Virus record (IMG/VR): IMGVR_UViG_3300044723_008219
Location: 1 to 27,312 of that record
Source of the DNA: a virus
Lineage: Duplodnaviria; Caudoviricetes
Direction: 5' to 3' (one strand)
DNA: 27,312 bases
The notes beneath the pieces were generated by a model. That model saw only the letters and a program-made list of their open reading frames with translations, was not told the origin of the DNA and made no database searches. Positions within the stretch are counted from its first letter, which is position 1. Every line of letters begins with the position of its first letter. This document shows, piece after piece, positions 8,514-18,390 of the stretch. The position numbers and the translations under genes were made by a program.

Positions 8514-9289
8514 CAGCGGGATCGACTCCATACGCCCCTCAAATCCGAATTGTGGAATTGCTAGAGAGGGAAAAAGCTCAATTAACGACTCTCCCGATCT
8601 ATCGAGACGGAGCATTAGTGGAGCCGACCTCGGGGACCTATACCCTAAAGACCCCAGGGGGCGGAATTCATGTGGACGGAGCCGCCGTCACTATCTCCGG
8701 AGGTATAGCCCAATATTCTCATTCTGCGGAGAATCTCTCCGGGTCTCTAGAGCTTGGCGAGGGATGGGTTCAGGAGTGGGCTCTCACAATTGGAGGAGAT
8801 GTCTATAATTTCCGAAGAATGGCCGCTCTCGTCCGGAGACGGCTCTATCCGGTAATATCGGACGCCGATCTCACTGCGGTTTATAGCGATCTCTCCGACC
8901 TCCGCCCCTCGAGCTTAACCAGTTATCAGCAATATATAGATGATGCCTGGTTCACTATCATTCGCCGCTTGAGGACGGAGGGCGGAGGGCTTGAATATTT
9001 AGTCATGTCCTCCGAGGCCTTTTATGAGTCTCATAGACATTTGACGCTCTATCTAATATGGAGAGATTTTCATTCCTCCCTAGGTCAATCGAATGGACGC
9101 TATCTAGATTTATCACAGGAGCATTATCGACTCTATCAGGACGAATGGAAAAGAATCTCCTGGGTCTATGATTATGGACATGACGGGAGCCCGGATGATC
9201 CGGATTTGAGACAAGCTAAAAACCCGGTGATCTATACCTCGTCTCCTGGATTCCATGGCCGGTTTAGATACCGGAGAGGGCGTTATTAA
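8510..9289 (+). CDS. Putative head-tail adaptor (beta-sandwich N-terminus plus helical C-terminus)
   Basis: Position between capsid and tail genes; helical C-terminal half (QQYIDDAWFTIIRRL) resembles adaptor proteins. Mainly synteny. Confidence 0.5.
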   Translation: MTAGSTPYAPQIRIVELLEREKAQLTTLPIYRDGALVEPTSGTYTLKTPGGGIHVDGAAVTISGGIAQYSHSAENLSGSLELGEGWVQEWALTIGGDVYNFRRMAALVRRRLYPVISDADLTAVYSDLSDLRPSSLTSYQQYIDDAWFTIIRRLRTEGGGLEYLVMSSEAFYESHRHLTLYLIWRDFHSSLGQSNGRYLDLSQEHYRLYQDEWKRISWVYDYGHDGSPDDPDLRQAKNPVIYTSSPGFHGRFRYRRGRY

Positions 9290-9738
9290 TGTCGATCTCC
9301 GTCTCTCAAATTAGAGCGGCTATCGCCTCTCAAATATCTACAGCTCTCGGAGATAGTGGATTCTCGGAGAGCTTGATTCCTCCGGAGTATTTTGGACGGA
9401 ATGAGAACTCGGTAGCACATAAGAGATTCGGAGTCCAGGTCTCCATATCTAATGCATTCCCGGAGAGACAAAGGCGAGCGGTCGGAGTCATGATGGAGAC
9501 GGTAGTTAATGTTAAATTTGCCTATCGTCTCCGACCTAAGGACGCATATCCGACCGATTATGATCTCGCCCTGGATACCGAGGGCTCGGTGATAGCCGCC
9601 GTCCTCAATTCATATCAGACAATTAGACCAGGGGTCGAGATACGATTCGCCCGGAGCGTCCGAGACATAACGGACTCTATGGAGTATATGCTATTCGATC
9701 TCGAATTCACGACCTATCACACAATATCCATAACATAG
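9289..9738 (+). CDS. Putative tail terminator/completion protein
   Basis: 149 aa directly before the tail tube; N-terminal helix QIRAAIASQI and terminal beta strand fit this class. Confidence 0.5.
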   Translation: MSISVSQIRAAIASQISTALGDSGFSESLIPPEYFGRNENSVAHKRFGVQVSISNAFPERQRRAVGVMMETVVNVKFAYRLRPKDAYPTDYDLALDTEGSVIAAVLNSYQTIRPGVEIRFARSVRDITDSMEYMLFDLEFTTYHTISIT

Positions 9739-9747
9739 GAGGATAAT

Positions 9748-10248
9748 ATGGCCTATAGTACAATTCCAAAGGCAAAAAAAGACGGAGTGATCAAGCTCCT
9801 AGACGGTACGACTCCAACGGCAGTCGAATTAACGGTAGCTTATGAGGAGGGCAATTTCACATTCGAGACGCCTCTCCGAGATCAGACTGTCATTCGAGAC
9901 CGGGGCTCTATTACGACAGTCCGACAGGGAGACGAGCAGCCTATCACCGGATCATTCAATTTCTATTTCCGACAATTTACGGACTCCTCAAATGCGGGTA
10001 GCATTCAGGACTTTATAACCGGGACCGGAAATTATAACGCTAATGCCTCCACCGGCTCGGGCGTTTCTGTATTTGTCGAGCATTATGCAGTAAATATGGA
10101 ATTCACTGTCGCCGGCTCCTCTCTCGGAGACGCTAAAGATCATGTCGCCACATTCTCCCAATGTGTGTGCACTCTCTCATTCGCCGAGGGAGATCCGGAC
10201 GGATGGACCCTGAATTTCACCTGCTACGGTGGCATTACCTACGCATAG
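9748..10248 (+). CDS. Major tail (tube) protein
   Basis: 166 aa, Thr/Gly-rich beta protein (ITGSFNFYF, WTLNFTCYG), AGGAGG RBS, immediately upstream of the frameshifted chaperone pair. Confidence 0.7.
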   Translation: MAYSTIPKAKKDGVIKLLDGTTPTAVELTVAYEEGNFTFETPLRDQTVIRDRGSITTVRQGDEQPITGSFNFYFRQFTDSSNAGSIQDFITGTGNYNANASTGSGVSVFVEHYAVNMEFTVAGSSLGDAKDHVATFSQCVCTLSFAEGDPDGWTLNFTCYGGITYA

Positions 10249-10268
10249 ATCGACATAGGAGACCCAGA

Positions 10269-10646
10269 ATGAAAAACATAAAACTCGGGACCCTGGGGAC
10301 AATTGAGCCCCAGGTCCCCTCCTCTCTAGCCTCAATTTTTGACATTATCTCCGCCTGGAGCGATAAGCCCTCTCAAACCGAATTGGGGCGGATTTGTGCG
10401 GCGGCGATATGTCTCTCCATCTCCTCTCCCGGCGTCCCAAAATATAACCCCGTAAAGGATAATATATTGGGCTATGGCGTCTCATGTCTAGACTATCTCC
10501 TCGGGTCGAATGTCTCAATTGCGGATATTTACTCCCAGGGAGCTTATCTCATGTCTCAAATGATCACCAAGCTCCCGAGCGGAGAGGAGGTGGAGGAGAC
10601 GGCGGATTTTTTGTCTCCACCCGGGGCGGTCGCCTCGAGCGATTAG
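10269..10646 (+). CDS. Tail assembly chaperone (gpG analogue)
   Basis: Start reassigned to ATG 10269 (AGGAG RBS); between tail tube and tape measure; ends just after a TTTTTTG slippery site. Confidence 0.7.
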   Translation: MKNIKLGTLGTIEPQVPSSLASIFDIISAWSDKPSQTELGRICAAAICLSISSPGVPKYNPVKDNILGYGVSCLDYLLGSNVSIADIYSQGAYLMSQMITKLPSGEEVEETADFLSPPGAVASSD

Positions 10647-10846
10647 ATCTTCAAATGTCGAGACGGTGGAATCGAGACCCTGGATGGTTCACCGCTCTCG
10701 ATAGTGATCTCAAATCGCTATTATTAGCCGATATGACCCTCGAGAATGAGACGAAAGAACAGAGAGCCCGGAGGAGAGAGAGGATAACCGAGAGGCGTAT
10801 CCAAGCTCAATTTGATAAGCTCCAGGAGAGGAGGTCTAATGGCTAG
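10607..10846 (+). CDS. -1 frameshift extension of the tail chaperone (gpGT analogue)
   Basis: GAT TTT TTG at 10604-10613; the -1 frame is open to 10846 (FVSTRGGRLERLDL...RDPGWF...) and has no good RBS-linked start of its own. Confidence 0.7.
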   Translation, partial: FFVSTRGGRLERLDLQMSRRWNRDPGWFTALDSDLKSLLLADMTLENETKEQRARRRERITERRIQAQFDKLQERRSNG

Positions 10847-11288
10847 AAAATTCACTGCGGTTCGGGGGAATGCTACCGTCCGATTAGAGGGGCCGGCTCG
10901 GACCCTTTTTGAGGATACGCTCAAGAAAGCATTCCCGGAGATCACAAAAACCCTCCAGGATACGCTCGAGATTATAAAGCGAGACGCCGAGAGAGAATGG
11001 CCAGTCCGGAGAAAGCGGTCGCAGAGATCGGTCGATAAATTCGAGATCACATTCGGCTTAACGACCGGGGGAATTGTGGTCTCTCTGGAGAATGAGGCGG
11101 AATATGCGGCCGGGATACTCGGTGGAAAAAATAGACCGTCTCTAAACAGAAATGGACAGGAGTCCGAATTAAAGCCCGGGCGGCTAGCTTGGTGGCATTT
11201 CCTCTATAGACCGTCCGTAAAAGCTGCGGATAAGGTCGTCCGGGAATTGGCGAATGACCTATTAAAAGAAATGGAGAGGGCGGATTAA
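10839..11288 (+). CDS. HK97 gp10-like neck/tail completion protein
   Basis: Start ATG 10839 (GGAGG RBS); basic protein with AEREWPV and N.AEYA.GI..G motifs. Confidence 0.55.
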   Translation: MARKFTAVRGNATVRLEGPARTLFEDTLKKAFPEITKTLQDTLEIIKRDAEREWPVRRKRSQRSVDKFEITFGLTTGGIVVSLENEAEYAAGILGGKNRPSLNRNGQESELKPGRLAWWHFLYRPSVKAADKVVRELANDLLKEMERAD

Positions 11289-13372
11289 TGGCTGATGTAA
11301 ACAAGACAATTGCAATTTCATATGAGGCTCGGACCGCCTCTCTCGAGAATGCTCTAAAGAGAATCCCTGGAGTGACTCAGGAGCAAGCCGAAAAAATGGC
11401 TAAGAATCTCGATAACGAGCTTAAAAAAGCAGAGAAACACGCCGAGAGGGCCTCCAGAAATATCGGAGCCGAATTCAAAAAGGCCGGAAAGGCGGTCGGA
11501 ATGATAGCCGGAGGAGCGGCGGTCGCAGGGGCGGCAATTATCGCATTTGGACAGCATATCGCAGATTTAGCGAATGAGTTAACGGACGCCTCCACAAAAA
11601 CCGGAATTGCAATTGAGACCCTGGGGGGACTGAGATTAGCCGCCGCCGGCTCCGGAGTGGAATTCGGTAAATTGGAGGGCGGTCTCATAAAATTAACCGG
11701 CTCTATCGCAGCAGCTGCGGAAGGCTCCGGACCCGCCTCGGACGCATTCAAAGCCCTGGGAATCTCTGCTACGGACGCCGAGGGGAATCTCCGCTCTAGT
11801 GACGAGGTCTTTAATGAGATAACGGAGACGCTCTCCCAGGTGGAGAATCAGACCCTGAAAAACAGCTTGGCTATGGACATTTTCGGAGCTAAAGCCGGGG
11901 CCGCTCTAATGCAGTCCGGTGCCCTGGATAATATGGCCGCCTTTAATGACCTCGCTCGGGAATTCGGGGTCAATATGGAGGAGGCCGGAAATATGGCCGG
12001 GACATTCCAGAGAGCTATGGCCGAGGTCGAATTGGTCCTCCAGGGAGTCGGAGCGAATCTCTTAATGAGTGCTACCGGAGCCGAGGGCTTAAATAATGCT
12101 ATATTTCTACTCTCGGACGCTATCGTCTTTTTCGGATCTATAGCTCAGGATGTCGTTATATCCGCTAAGGGAGCATTTGATTTTTTATCTCGCTCGGTGG
12201 AGATCACTCTGACATATATCCTAGGAGTCGCTCGCTCTATCGGGGCCGTTTTCACCGGTGAATTTGACAAAATAAACGACATAACGACCCAGACCTTATT
12301 TGAGGTCGAGCAATTGAGCAAGCCCTTAACGGACGGGGCGAATGCAGTATTAATTCTAGGTGACTCCTACGAAAAAGCTAACCAGAGAGTCTCCGAATTG
12401 AGAGAGCTTAGAAAGGACATATTAGAGCAAGCCGAGAAAGAGGCCGCCTCGGAGGACCGGAGACGCAAATCCGCCGCCGCCGCCTCGGATCAGGCTAAGG
12501 GAGCCGCCGCCGAGGCTCTGGAGGCCTCTAAAGCGGAGGCCGAGGCCAGGAGAGCCCAGGCGCAAGCGGAGAGAGAGCTTATAGCTGCCCGGAAAGAGCT
12601 TAAATCGATAACGGACGCCTCTATCCAGTCTCAAATGACGGAGGAGGAGATCCAATTGATGAAATTTGAGGCGGAGAGAGAGCGTATCCTCGAATTAGGG
12701 CAAATTGTCCAGGATGAGGCGGCCGTTAAGGCAGCTCTAGATGCCCAGGAGGCCGAGAGATCGGCATATTATCATAATCAAAAGATGAAAGAAATTGAGA
12801 AAGAGAAAGCGGCTCGCCTCCAGACCCTGAATATTATGGTCTCCTCCGCCTCCACAATTGCCGCCTCTCTCCTAGCAGTACAGCAGAACACCGGCGCATT
12901 CACCGCACAGCAAGCTAAGCGGATATTTCGTCTCGGGCAAACCGCCGCCGTCTCCGATATTGCCATTAATACGGCGGTCGCAATTAGCAAAGCTAATGCA
13001 CAATTGGGACCGATAGCCGGGGGATTAGCGACTGGAGCCCTAGTCGCCTCGGGAGCGGCTCAAACCGCCGCCGTCCTCTCTCAGCCGATACCGACATATG
13101 ACATGGGAGGGATGATAGGCAATTTAGACCCTCTCCGCCCTGGAGAGAGATTAGTCCGAGCGCAAGCCGGCGAGGCTATCCTAGACGAGGCGACAGTCGG
13201 GAGATTAGGTGGAGAATCCGGAATTGACGCTCTCCAGAGAGGCGACTCTCCAGGGGATAGAGTTATAGTAATTTCACCGTTTAAGCATTTAGATCGATAT
13301 AATAGGAGTGCACTCCGGAGAGGCTCCGTCCTTACCCGGAGATTTAAACCTCAGGGCTCGGGAGCGTACTAA
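11288..13372 (+). CDS. Tail tape measure protein
   Basis: 694 aa, Ala-rich and helical; TMP-like motifs (AFKALGISATDAEGNLR, AMDIFG, YDMGG, GEAIL); follows the chaperones. Confidence 0.9.
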   Translation: MADVNKTIAISYEARTASLENALKRIPGVTQEQAEKMAKNLDNELKKAEKHAERASRNIGAEFKKAGKAVGMIAGGAAVAGAAIIAFGQHIADLANELTDASTKTGIAIETLGGLRLAAAGSGVEFGKLEGGLIKLTGSIAAAAEGSGPASDAFKALGISATDAEGNLRSSDEVFNEITETLSQVENQTLKNSLAMDIFGAKAGAALMQSGALDNMAAFNDLAREFGVNMEEAGNMAGTFQRAMAEVELVLQGVGANLLMSATGAEGLNNAIFLLSDAIVFFGSIAQDVVISAKGAFDFLSRSVEITLTYILGVARSIGAVFTGEFDKINDITTQTLFEVEQLSKPLTDGANAVLILGDSYEKANQRVSELRELRKDILEQAEKEAASEDRRRKSAAAASDQAKGAAAEALEASKAEAEARRAQAQAERELIAARKELKSITDASIQSQMTEEEIQLMKFEAERERILELGQIVQDEAAVKAALDAQEAERSAYYHNQKMKEIEKEKAARLQTLNIMVSSASTIAASLLAVQQNTGAFTAQQAKRIFRLGQTAAVSDIAINTAVAISKANAQLGPIAGGLATGALVASGAAQTAAVLSQPIPTYDMGGMIGNLDPLRPGERLVRAQAGEAILDEATVGRLGGESGIDALQRGDSPGDRVIVISPFKHLDRYNRSALRRGSVLTRRFKPQGSGAY

Positions 13373-16300
13373 TGGGACAGGATAGAACCCCTAATCGAAT
13401 GAGAGGCTTTATATCGCCTCTTAAGTTTAATGTGGACTCATTCTGGATGGATGAGACCTCGGCTCTCCAAAATACGCCGAGAGCTGGAGTCCCCAGAGCC
13501 TCACAAAATAGCCCGATGATTCTCCAGGCGTCCGGGCTAATGAATGAGGGAGATATTGTCCAGGTCCGGACGGTCCGAGCGGGGCATGTCGGATTAGAGG
13601 GGCGGTCTCAATTACAATTCCGCCCTGGAGAGAGTGGCGATTGGTACGGACGAGACGCTTATAATATTTGTAGCTACTGGGAGAGAGTCGCCGGGTCAAA
13701 TACGATTCAATTCCGACCTCGAGACGCTATCCAGGCCTCGGACGGCTCTGTCTATGTCACCGTCGAGAAACAGGACGGCTCCGATTATGATGTGATGGTA
13801 ATAAAACGGACGCCCCAGGGGACATTTGAGACGCCGATCTCTCTATACACATTCTCCGGGAGTATAGCCGAGGGCTTTCTGCATTCTGGGATTTGTGAGA
13901 TGGAGGACGGCTCTCTAATTGTGGCGCATTGGTCCATCGATGGAGATAGAGAATTAGCTCAAATCAATATTCACAAATCGGAGGACGCCGGGGCCTCGTG
14001 GTCTCAGGTCTCGACGGACGCAATTGCTAATAATATATGGGACTTTCCGATAGATATACAAAATAAGGGCAGCTTTGGTATCGGTACAGCTGGAGCCGAT
14101 CTCTCTAGGATTCGAATCCGCTCTATCGGAGGTCAAACCCTAATGACTCTCCATATCATAAAGCATAATAATAGCCTAGGTTTTAATCAGTCTATCCTCT
14201 ATCAGTATCTCTCCACGAATGGAGGACTCACATTCGAGCAGGTCGCCGAGAATGATGACGGGGGATTTTTTAATCATGATCTCCAGGTCGTTAACGGTGG
14301 ATTCAATATTACATTCGTAGAATTTCCCGCCTCTCCGAGAGTATTGGTCTTAGCTCGTCTAGCCTCGGCCTCGAGCCCGATCGCCTCGGCGGTCCGATAC
14401 GATATATCCACAAATACAAATCTCCAGAATGGAGGGGCTAATAATCATGAGAGCGACCTCTCCGCCTGGATAGATACGGACGGCAAATATTACGCCGTAG
14501 CTCGAATGATTCAGGGGACGACAGCAGATCAAACCTTAGTTTTTCAGAGTGAGGACGGGGGCTATAATTGGTCTCAAATGGGAATCGGCTCGAGCAGTGT
14601 ATTTGTAAATTATGAGAATTCCTCTATCCACAATTCGGACTCGGCCTCGAATCTCTATCTCACTCAATTTGTAGGATGTAGCCAGGGCGGAGAGGGTCTC
14701 CTCTTTCATAATACCGCCGGGACCGCCGCCTCGGCTTATGATGAGGTCCTCGGATGTTTTCAAATTGGAGGCTACTCCACCGTCACCGCCCCTCCATATC
14801 GAGCGTTTTCAGGTGATACGGAGAGAATGAGATGGAGTGTCAATTGGATTCCGCTCCAATTGCCAGGGTCTCTCGGGTGGACTGCGGTCGGAACCGGTGT
14901 ACAGACCTTAAATAATGGATATGTGAATATTACGACAACGGCGTTAACACAGAGATATTATCGAAGGTCCGGATTTACTGGGACCCTGGATAATGGAATC
15001 GTAGCTCGAGTGAGAATCACGCTAAACACTGGGACAATTCTCAAGCCTATCCTCCAATTACAAATCTCGGACGGCTCCTCGACCTCCTATAAGGTCTCGG
15101 TCCGAGCCAGTGAGACCCAATTGGATCTCTATGATGAGATCGCCGGGGCTCAAATTGGACCGCTCCGATTAGTGGATAATACCCTGGAGACGGATATTCT
15201 AATTGGAATCTCGGGCTCAAATGTTTATGCATGGTATCGGGGCAATTCGAGCGGCTCTCCGAGGACCTGGAGCAATTTAGGAGATACCTCGAGCTTAACC
15301 TCCGGGACGGCTACCTCAAATTATATCTATTTCGGAGCGATCGGAAACGGATCGATTCGAGACCTCGATCTCCATGAATGTCATTTCTCATTTGATGCGA
15401 TGACAGGACTCCAATTGGCGTTTGGACAGACCGGGCGGGAATTGTGGAGTCGACCTTATCCAGGGCTCGGCTATAGTGTGAAATTGGACGGTGATCTATT
15501 TATCTCCACCCGAGACGGAGCGACTCAGGAGGTCGACACCTGGCAAATAGAGCCGAGATTCGACTATCCTCTCGATAATATGATCTATACTATCTCTCCA
15601 TCTAAACGGACGCCCTGGAGATCTCCTGTGACCTCTCCCGGTCCTAATCCGACCGCTCGAATTGCGCTCTATGTCGACCCCTCTCAGGAGGTGACAGAGC
15701 TGGAGAATGATATTCTGGGAGTGTGCCTGGAGAATGTCAATTTCCAGAATTTCAAAATACAAAGACATAATGGGAGCGCATGGATAGATATTGGGACGGT
15801 GGACAATTCGGTCTATAGTGGAGGATTCACTCGGACGGGGGCGGCTATCTTTTCCTCCGCCTCTCCAGGGGCGGTCCAATTTCCATATTTAATGTTTAAT
15901 GAATGCCAGGGATGGAGGGTTAAGCTCGATGATGGAGAGGGGAATATCACATTCCGGAAAATAGCCAGTAATTCCGAGGGTCCATTTATCCAGACAAGCT
16001 CTAAATTTGCGGTCCTCACTCTCGAGGGGATAGACGGCTCCGAGCCGACCTCCGGGACGGCTACAATTATCCCTGATAGCGTGGCGACAGTGATCTATCT
16101 GGATAATCAATCGACCTCGTGGAGAGATACTAAGGCGATCGGTATAGAGATCACCTCCCAGGAGACGCTCGAGGAATATCTCCAGATAGGACTAATCACC
16201 GCCGGTCCTCTTTTCGTCCCCGGGCGGCAATATAGCCGGGGGAGACAAATCACCGAGACCCAGAGCATAGAGGACATAGAGACATTAGACGGGACAATAT

Positions 16301-16698
16301 TCTCCAGAAATACCGGAAATAACGGACGGACGGTCCGTATCTCGTGGACGGATGGAGTAGATATTAGCGGTCTATTTGAGGAGAATCCAGAGCCTGATTA
16401 TTGGAGGGGCTCAAATAGAGGAGACGCTATAGCCAATTGGGGAGACGCTCCCGAGGCTCTCCAGGGATTCTATCGCTATCTCGAGGGCGGTATATATCCG
16501 ACCGTCTATATCCCCTCATTCGGAGGATCCATAGACGGGGATAACCAGGTCCAGGTTTTTAATAGGAGAGGAGACCACATGACCTCCCGAATCTCTCGAC
16601 CTGTACAAATCACCAATATCCTCGGAGACGAGATGGAGGGTCTCGGCTCTGGAGAGGTCTATAGAGTCGGATCCATTATCCTCGAGGAGATCAAATAG
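13372..16698 (+). CDS. Large tail protein with Asp-box (BNR) beta-propeller region
   Basis: 1108 aa; three Asp-box motifs (SEDAGASW, STNGGLTF, SEDGGYNW); directly after the TMP. Confidence 0.7.
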   Translation: MGQDRTPNRMRGFISPLKFNVDSFWMDETSALQNTPRAGVPRASQNSPMILQASGLMNEGDIVQVRTVRAGHVGLEGRSQLQFRPGESGDWYGRDAYNICSYWERVAGSNTIQFRPRDAIQASDGSVYVTVEKQDGSDYDVMVIKRTPQGTFETPISLYTFSGSIAEGFLHSGICEMEDGSLIVAHWSIDGDRELAQINIHKSEDAGASWSQVSTDAIANNIWDFPIDIQNKGSFGIGTAGADLSRIRIRSIGGQTLMTLHIIKHNNSLGFNQSILYQYLSTNGGLTFEQVAENDDGGFFNHDLQVVNGGFNITFVEFPASPRVLVLARLASASSPIASAVRYDISTNTNLQNGGANNHESDLSAWIDTDGKYYAVARMIQGTTADQTLVFQSEDGGYNWSQMGIGSSSVFVNYENSSIHNSDSASNLYLTQFVGCSQGGEGLLFHNTAGTAASAYDEVLGCFQIGGYSTVTAPPYRAFSGDTERMRWSVNWIPLQLPGSLGWTAVGTGVQTLNNGYVNITTTALTQRYYRRSGFTGTLDNGIVARVRITLNTGTILKPILQLQISDGSSTSYKVSVRASETQLDLYDEIAGAQIGPLRLVDNTLETDILIGISGSNVYAWYRGNSSGSPRTWSNLGDTSSLTSGTATSNYIYFGAIGNGSIRDLDLHECHFSFDAMTGLQLAFGQTGRELWSRPYPGLGYSVKLDGDLFISTRDGATQEVDTWQIEPRFDYPLDNMIYTISPSKRTPWRSPVTSPGPNPTARIALYVDPSQEVTELENDILGVCLENVNFQNFKIQRHNGSAWIDIGTVDNSVYSGGFTRTGAAIFSSASPGAVQFPYLMFNECQGWRVKLDDGEGNITFRKIASNSEGPFIQTSSKFAVLTLEGIDGSEPTSGTATIIPDSVATVIYLDNQSTSWRDTKAIGIEITSQETLEEYLQIGLITAGPLFVPGRQYSRGRQITETQSIEDIETLDGTIFSRNTGNNGRTVRISWTDGVDISGLFEENPEPDYWRGSNRGDAIANWGDAPEALQGFYRYLEGGIYPTVYIPSFGGSIDGDNQVQVFNRRGDHMTSRISRPVQITNILGDEMEGLGSGEVYRVGSIILEEIK

Positions 16699-18390
16699 AT
16701 GTTTAGACGGATACTGGATGAGAGAGATTATAGCGGGGCGGATTTAATATGGCTCCTGGAGATCAATTGGGGAGGAGCCCTCTATCGGTTTTCAAATAAG
16801 CCAATTATGGTCCCTTATGATGGAGGCGAGCTTCCATTTGAGGGCCAATTGGAGAATCTAGACTATACGGAATCCTCCGATCTATTTGATTTGTCCGTCG
16901 AGGCGAATTCGATCTCCGTCTCGGTCGTTTTTCCGGTCGACATGATAGAGGCGTTTAGAGCCGGGAGGATATTAGACGGCTCCAGGGGAGAGCTATCCTA
17001 TATCATGTCTCGAGGCGGCTCTCCGCTCCAGAGCTGGGAGGAGCGTATCCTCCTATTTGAGGGAGAGATTAGTCAGCCAATTATCGGAGACCCGGAGGAG
17101 CCGTCCGGATTTGCCGCTTTCTCTATCGAACAGCAGCCTTATGATATGTCCGGATATTTGATAGACCAGGATAACCTCATAAATAAAGCTAAATTTCCAT
17201 CTCTCCCGGATGATATTGGCCCTGGAAAGGCATACCCTTTTGTTTTTGGTAGCCCCTCGGATTCTATTAGAGCGGATGGACAAAATATCCCGAATCTCCA
17301 TTCGACTCCGGCCTATCCTATTAATTCGACTCATGGAGGAGGAGAGGGTCCTAATCATGACTATTTGATGATAGCGGGGCATAAAGTCGAGGCGTCTCAG
17401 GTGATGATTAGGGATAACGACTATCGGATAGCTACGGTATCAGTACAGGAGGCCAAAGACGAAAACGGGGTAATATATAGCTATGTCGATATTCATGGCT
17501 CCCCAGTATATGAGGCGGACGATACGGGGCATTCAGATAAGGGATATTGGACGAAATGGTTTAACCCTGGAGGCCTCGGAGCTTATGCCGGGTCTCATTT
17601 AAACCCCTATGGACCGGGAATCCTCGAGGGCGGTGGAGACCTCATTCGATACGCTCTCTCAAAAACTGGAATGGCGGTCGATTGGTCCTCCTGGGGAGCG
17701 GTCTCCGATCTCCTAAATCAGTACAAATTCGCCGGCTATGTGAATGATCCGACTGTCACCTCCTGGGACTGGCTAAATCAAAATATTTTGCCCCTAATGC
17801 CGGTCTCAGTAGTATCCGGACCTTATGGCCTCCGCCCGGTGATCTATCTCCAATATTTCCAGGGGACAAAAATCCATTTTACGACTCATATCCTCGAGGG
17901 CTCGGATTTTCAGAGAGTCTCCGCTCTCGAGGCGGCGGTCGGACTAGATCAAATCTATAATGTGATCGAGCTACGATATGCTAAGGACGGCAATTCCGGA
18001 TCATATATGAGTTATTACTCTATCGGATATAATCTCGATTATGGACCGGCTACCCTAGACCTAGACGGATACGCCAAGCTCTCCCAGGAGAGATATGGAG
18101 TCCGGAGAAATGTTATCGAGAGCGCATATATTTATGATACCGGGACCGCCGGGAGAATCGCTCGCTATCTCCTCCGGAGCAATTGTCTCGTTAAGAGGCG
18201 TCTCCAGTATCGAGCAGCTGCTAAATATGGATTCCTCATGATAGGAGACGTTATCGGACTAACCTCCTCCTCTCTATTTCTAGAGGAGCAAATAGCGACA
18301 ATTGTCTCTAAAAAATGGGATAGGACCTCGTGGCTTTATGATATATTGATCGAGGATAATCCATTCACCACCTCGAGAGCGGGGGCTTAA
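16699..18390 (+). CDS. Putative baseplate hub / tail tip protein
   Basis: 563 aa; N-terminal LLEI.W.G..YRFS, YPFVFG, and C-terminal SQERYG ... IGDVIGLT patterns typical of tail-tip proteins; synteny. Confidence 0.6.
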   Translation: MFRRILDERDYSGADLIWLLEINWGGALYRFSNKPIMVPYDGGELPFEGQLENLDYTESSDLFDLSVEANSISVSVVFPVDMIEAFRAGRILDGSRGELSYIMSRGGSPLQSWEERILLFEGEISQPIIGDPEEPSGFAAFSIEQQPYDMSGYLIDQDNLINKAKFPSLPDDIGPGKAYPFVFGSPSDSIRADGQNIPNLHSTPAYPINSTHGGGEGPNHDYLMIAGHKVEASQVMIRDNDYRIATVSVQEAKDENGVIYSYVDIHGSPVYEADDTGHSDKGYWTKWFNPGGLGAYAGSHLNPYGPGILEGGGDLIRYALSKTGMAVDWSSWGAVSDLLNQYKFAGYVNDPTVTSWDWLNQNILPLMPVSVVSGPYGLRPVIYLQYFQGTKIHFTTHILEGSDFQRVSALEAAVGLDQIYNVIELRYAKDGNSGSYMSYYSIGYNLDYGPATLDLDGYAKLSQERYGVRRNVIESAYIYDTGTAGRIARYLLRSNCLVKRRLQYRAAAKYGFLMIGDVIGLTSSSLFLEEQIATIVSKKWDRTSWLYDILIEDNPFTTSRAGA

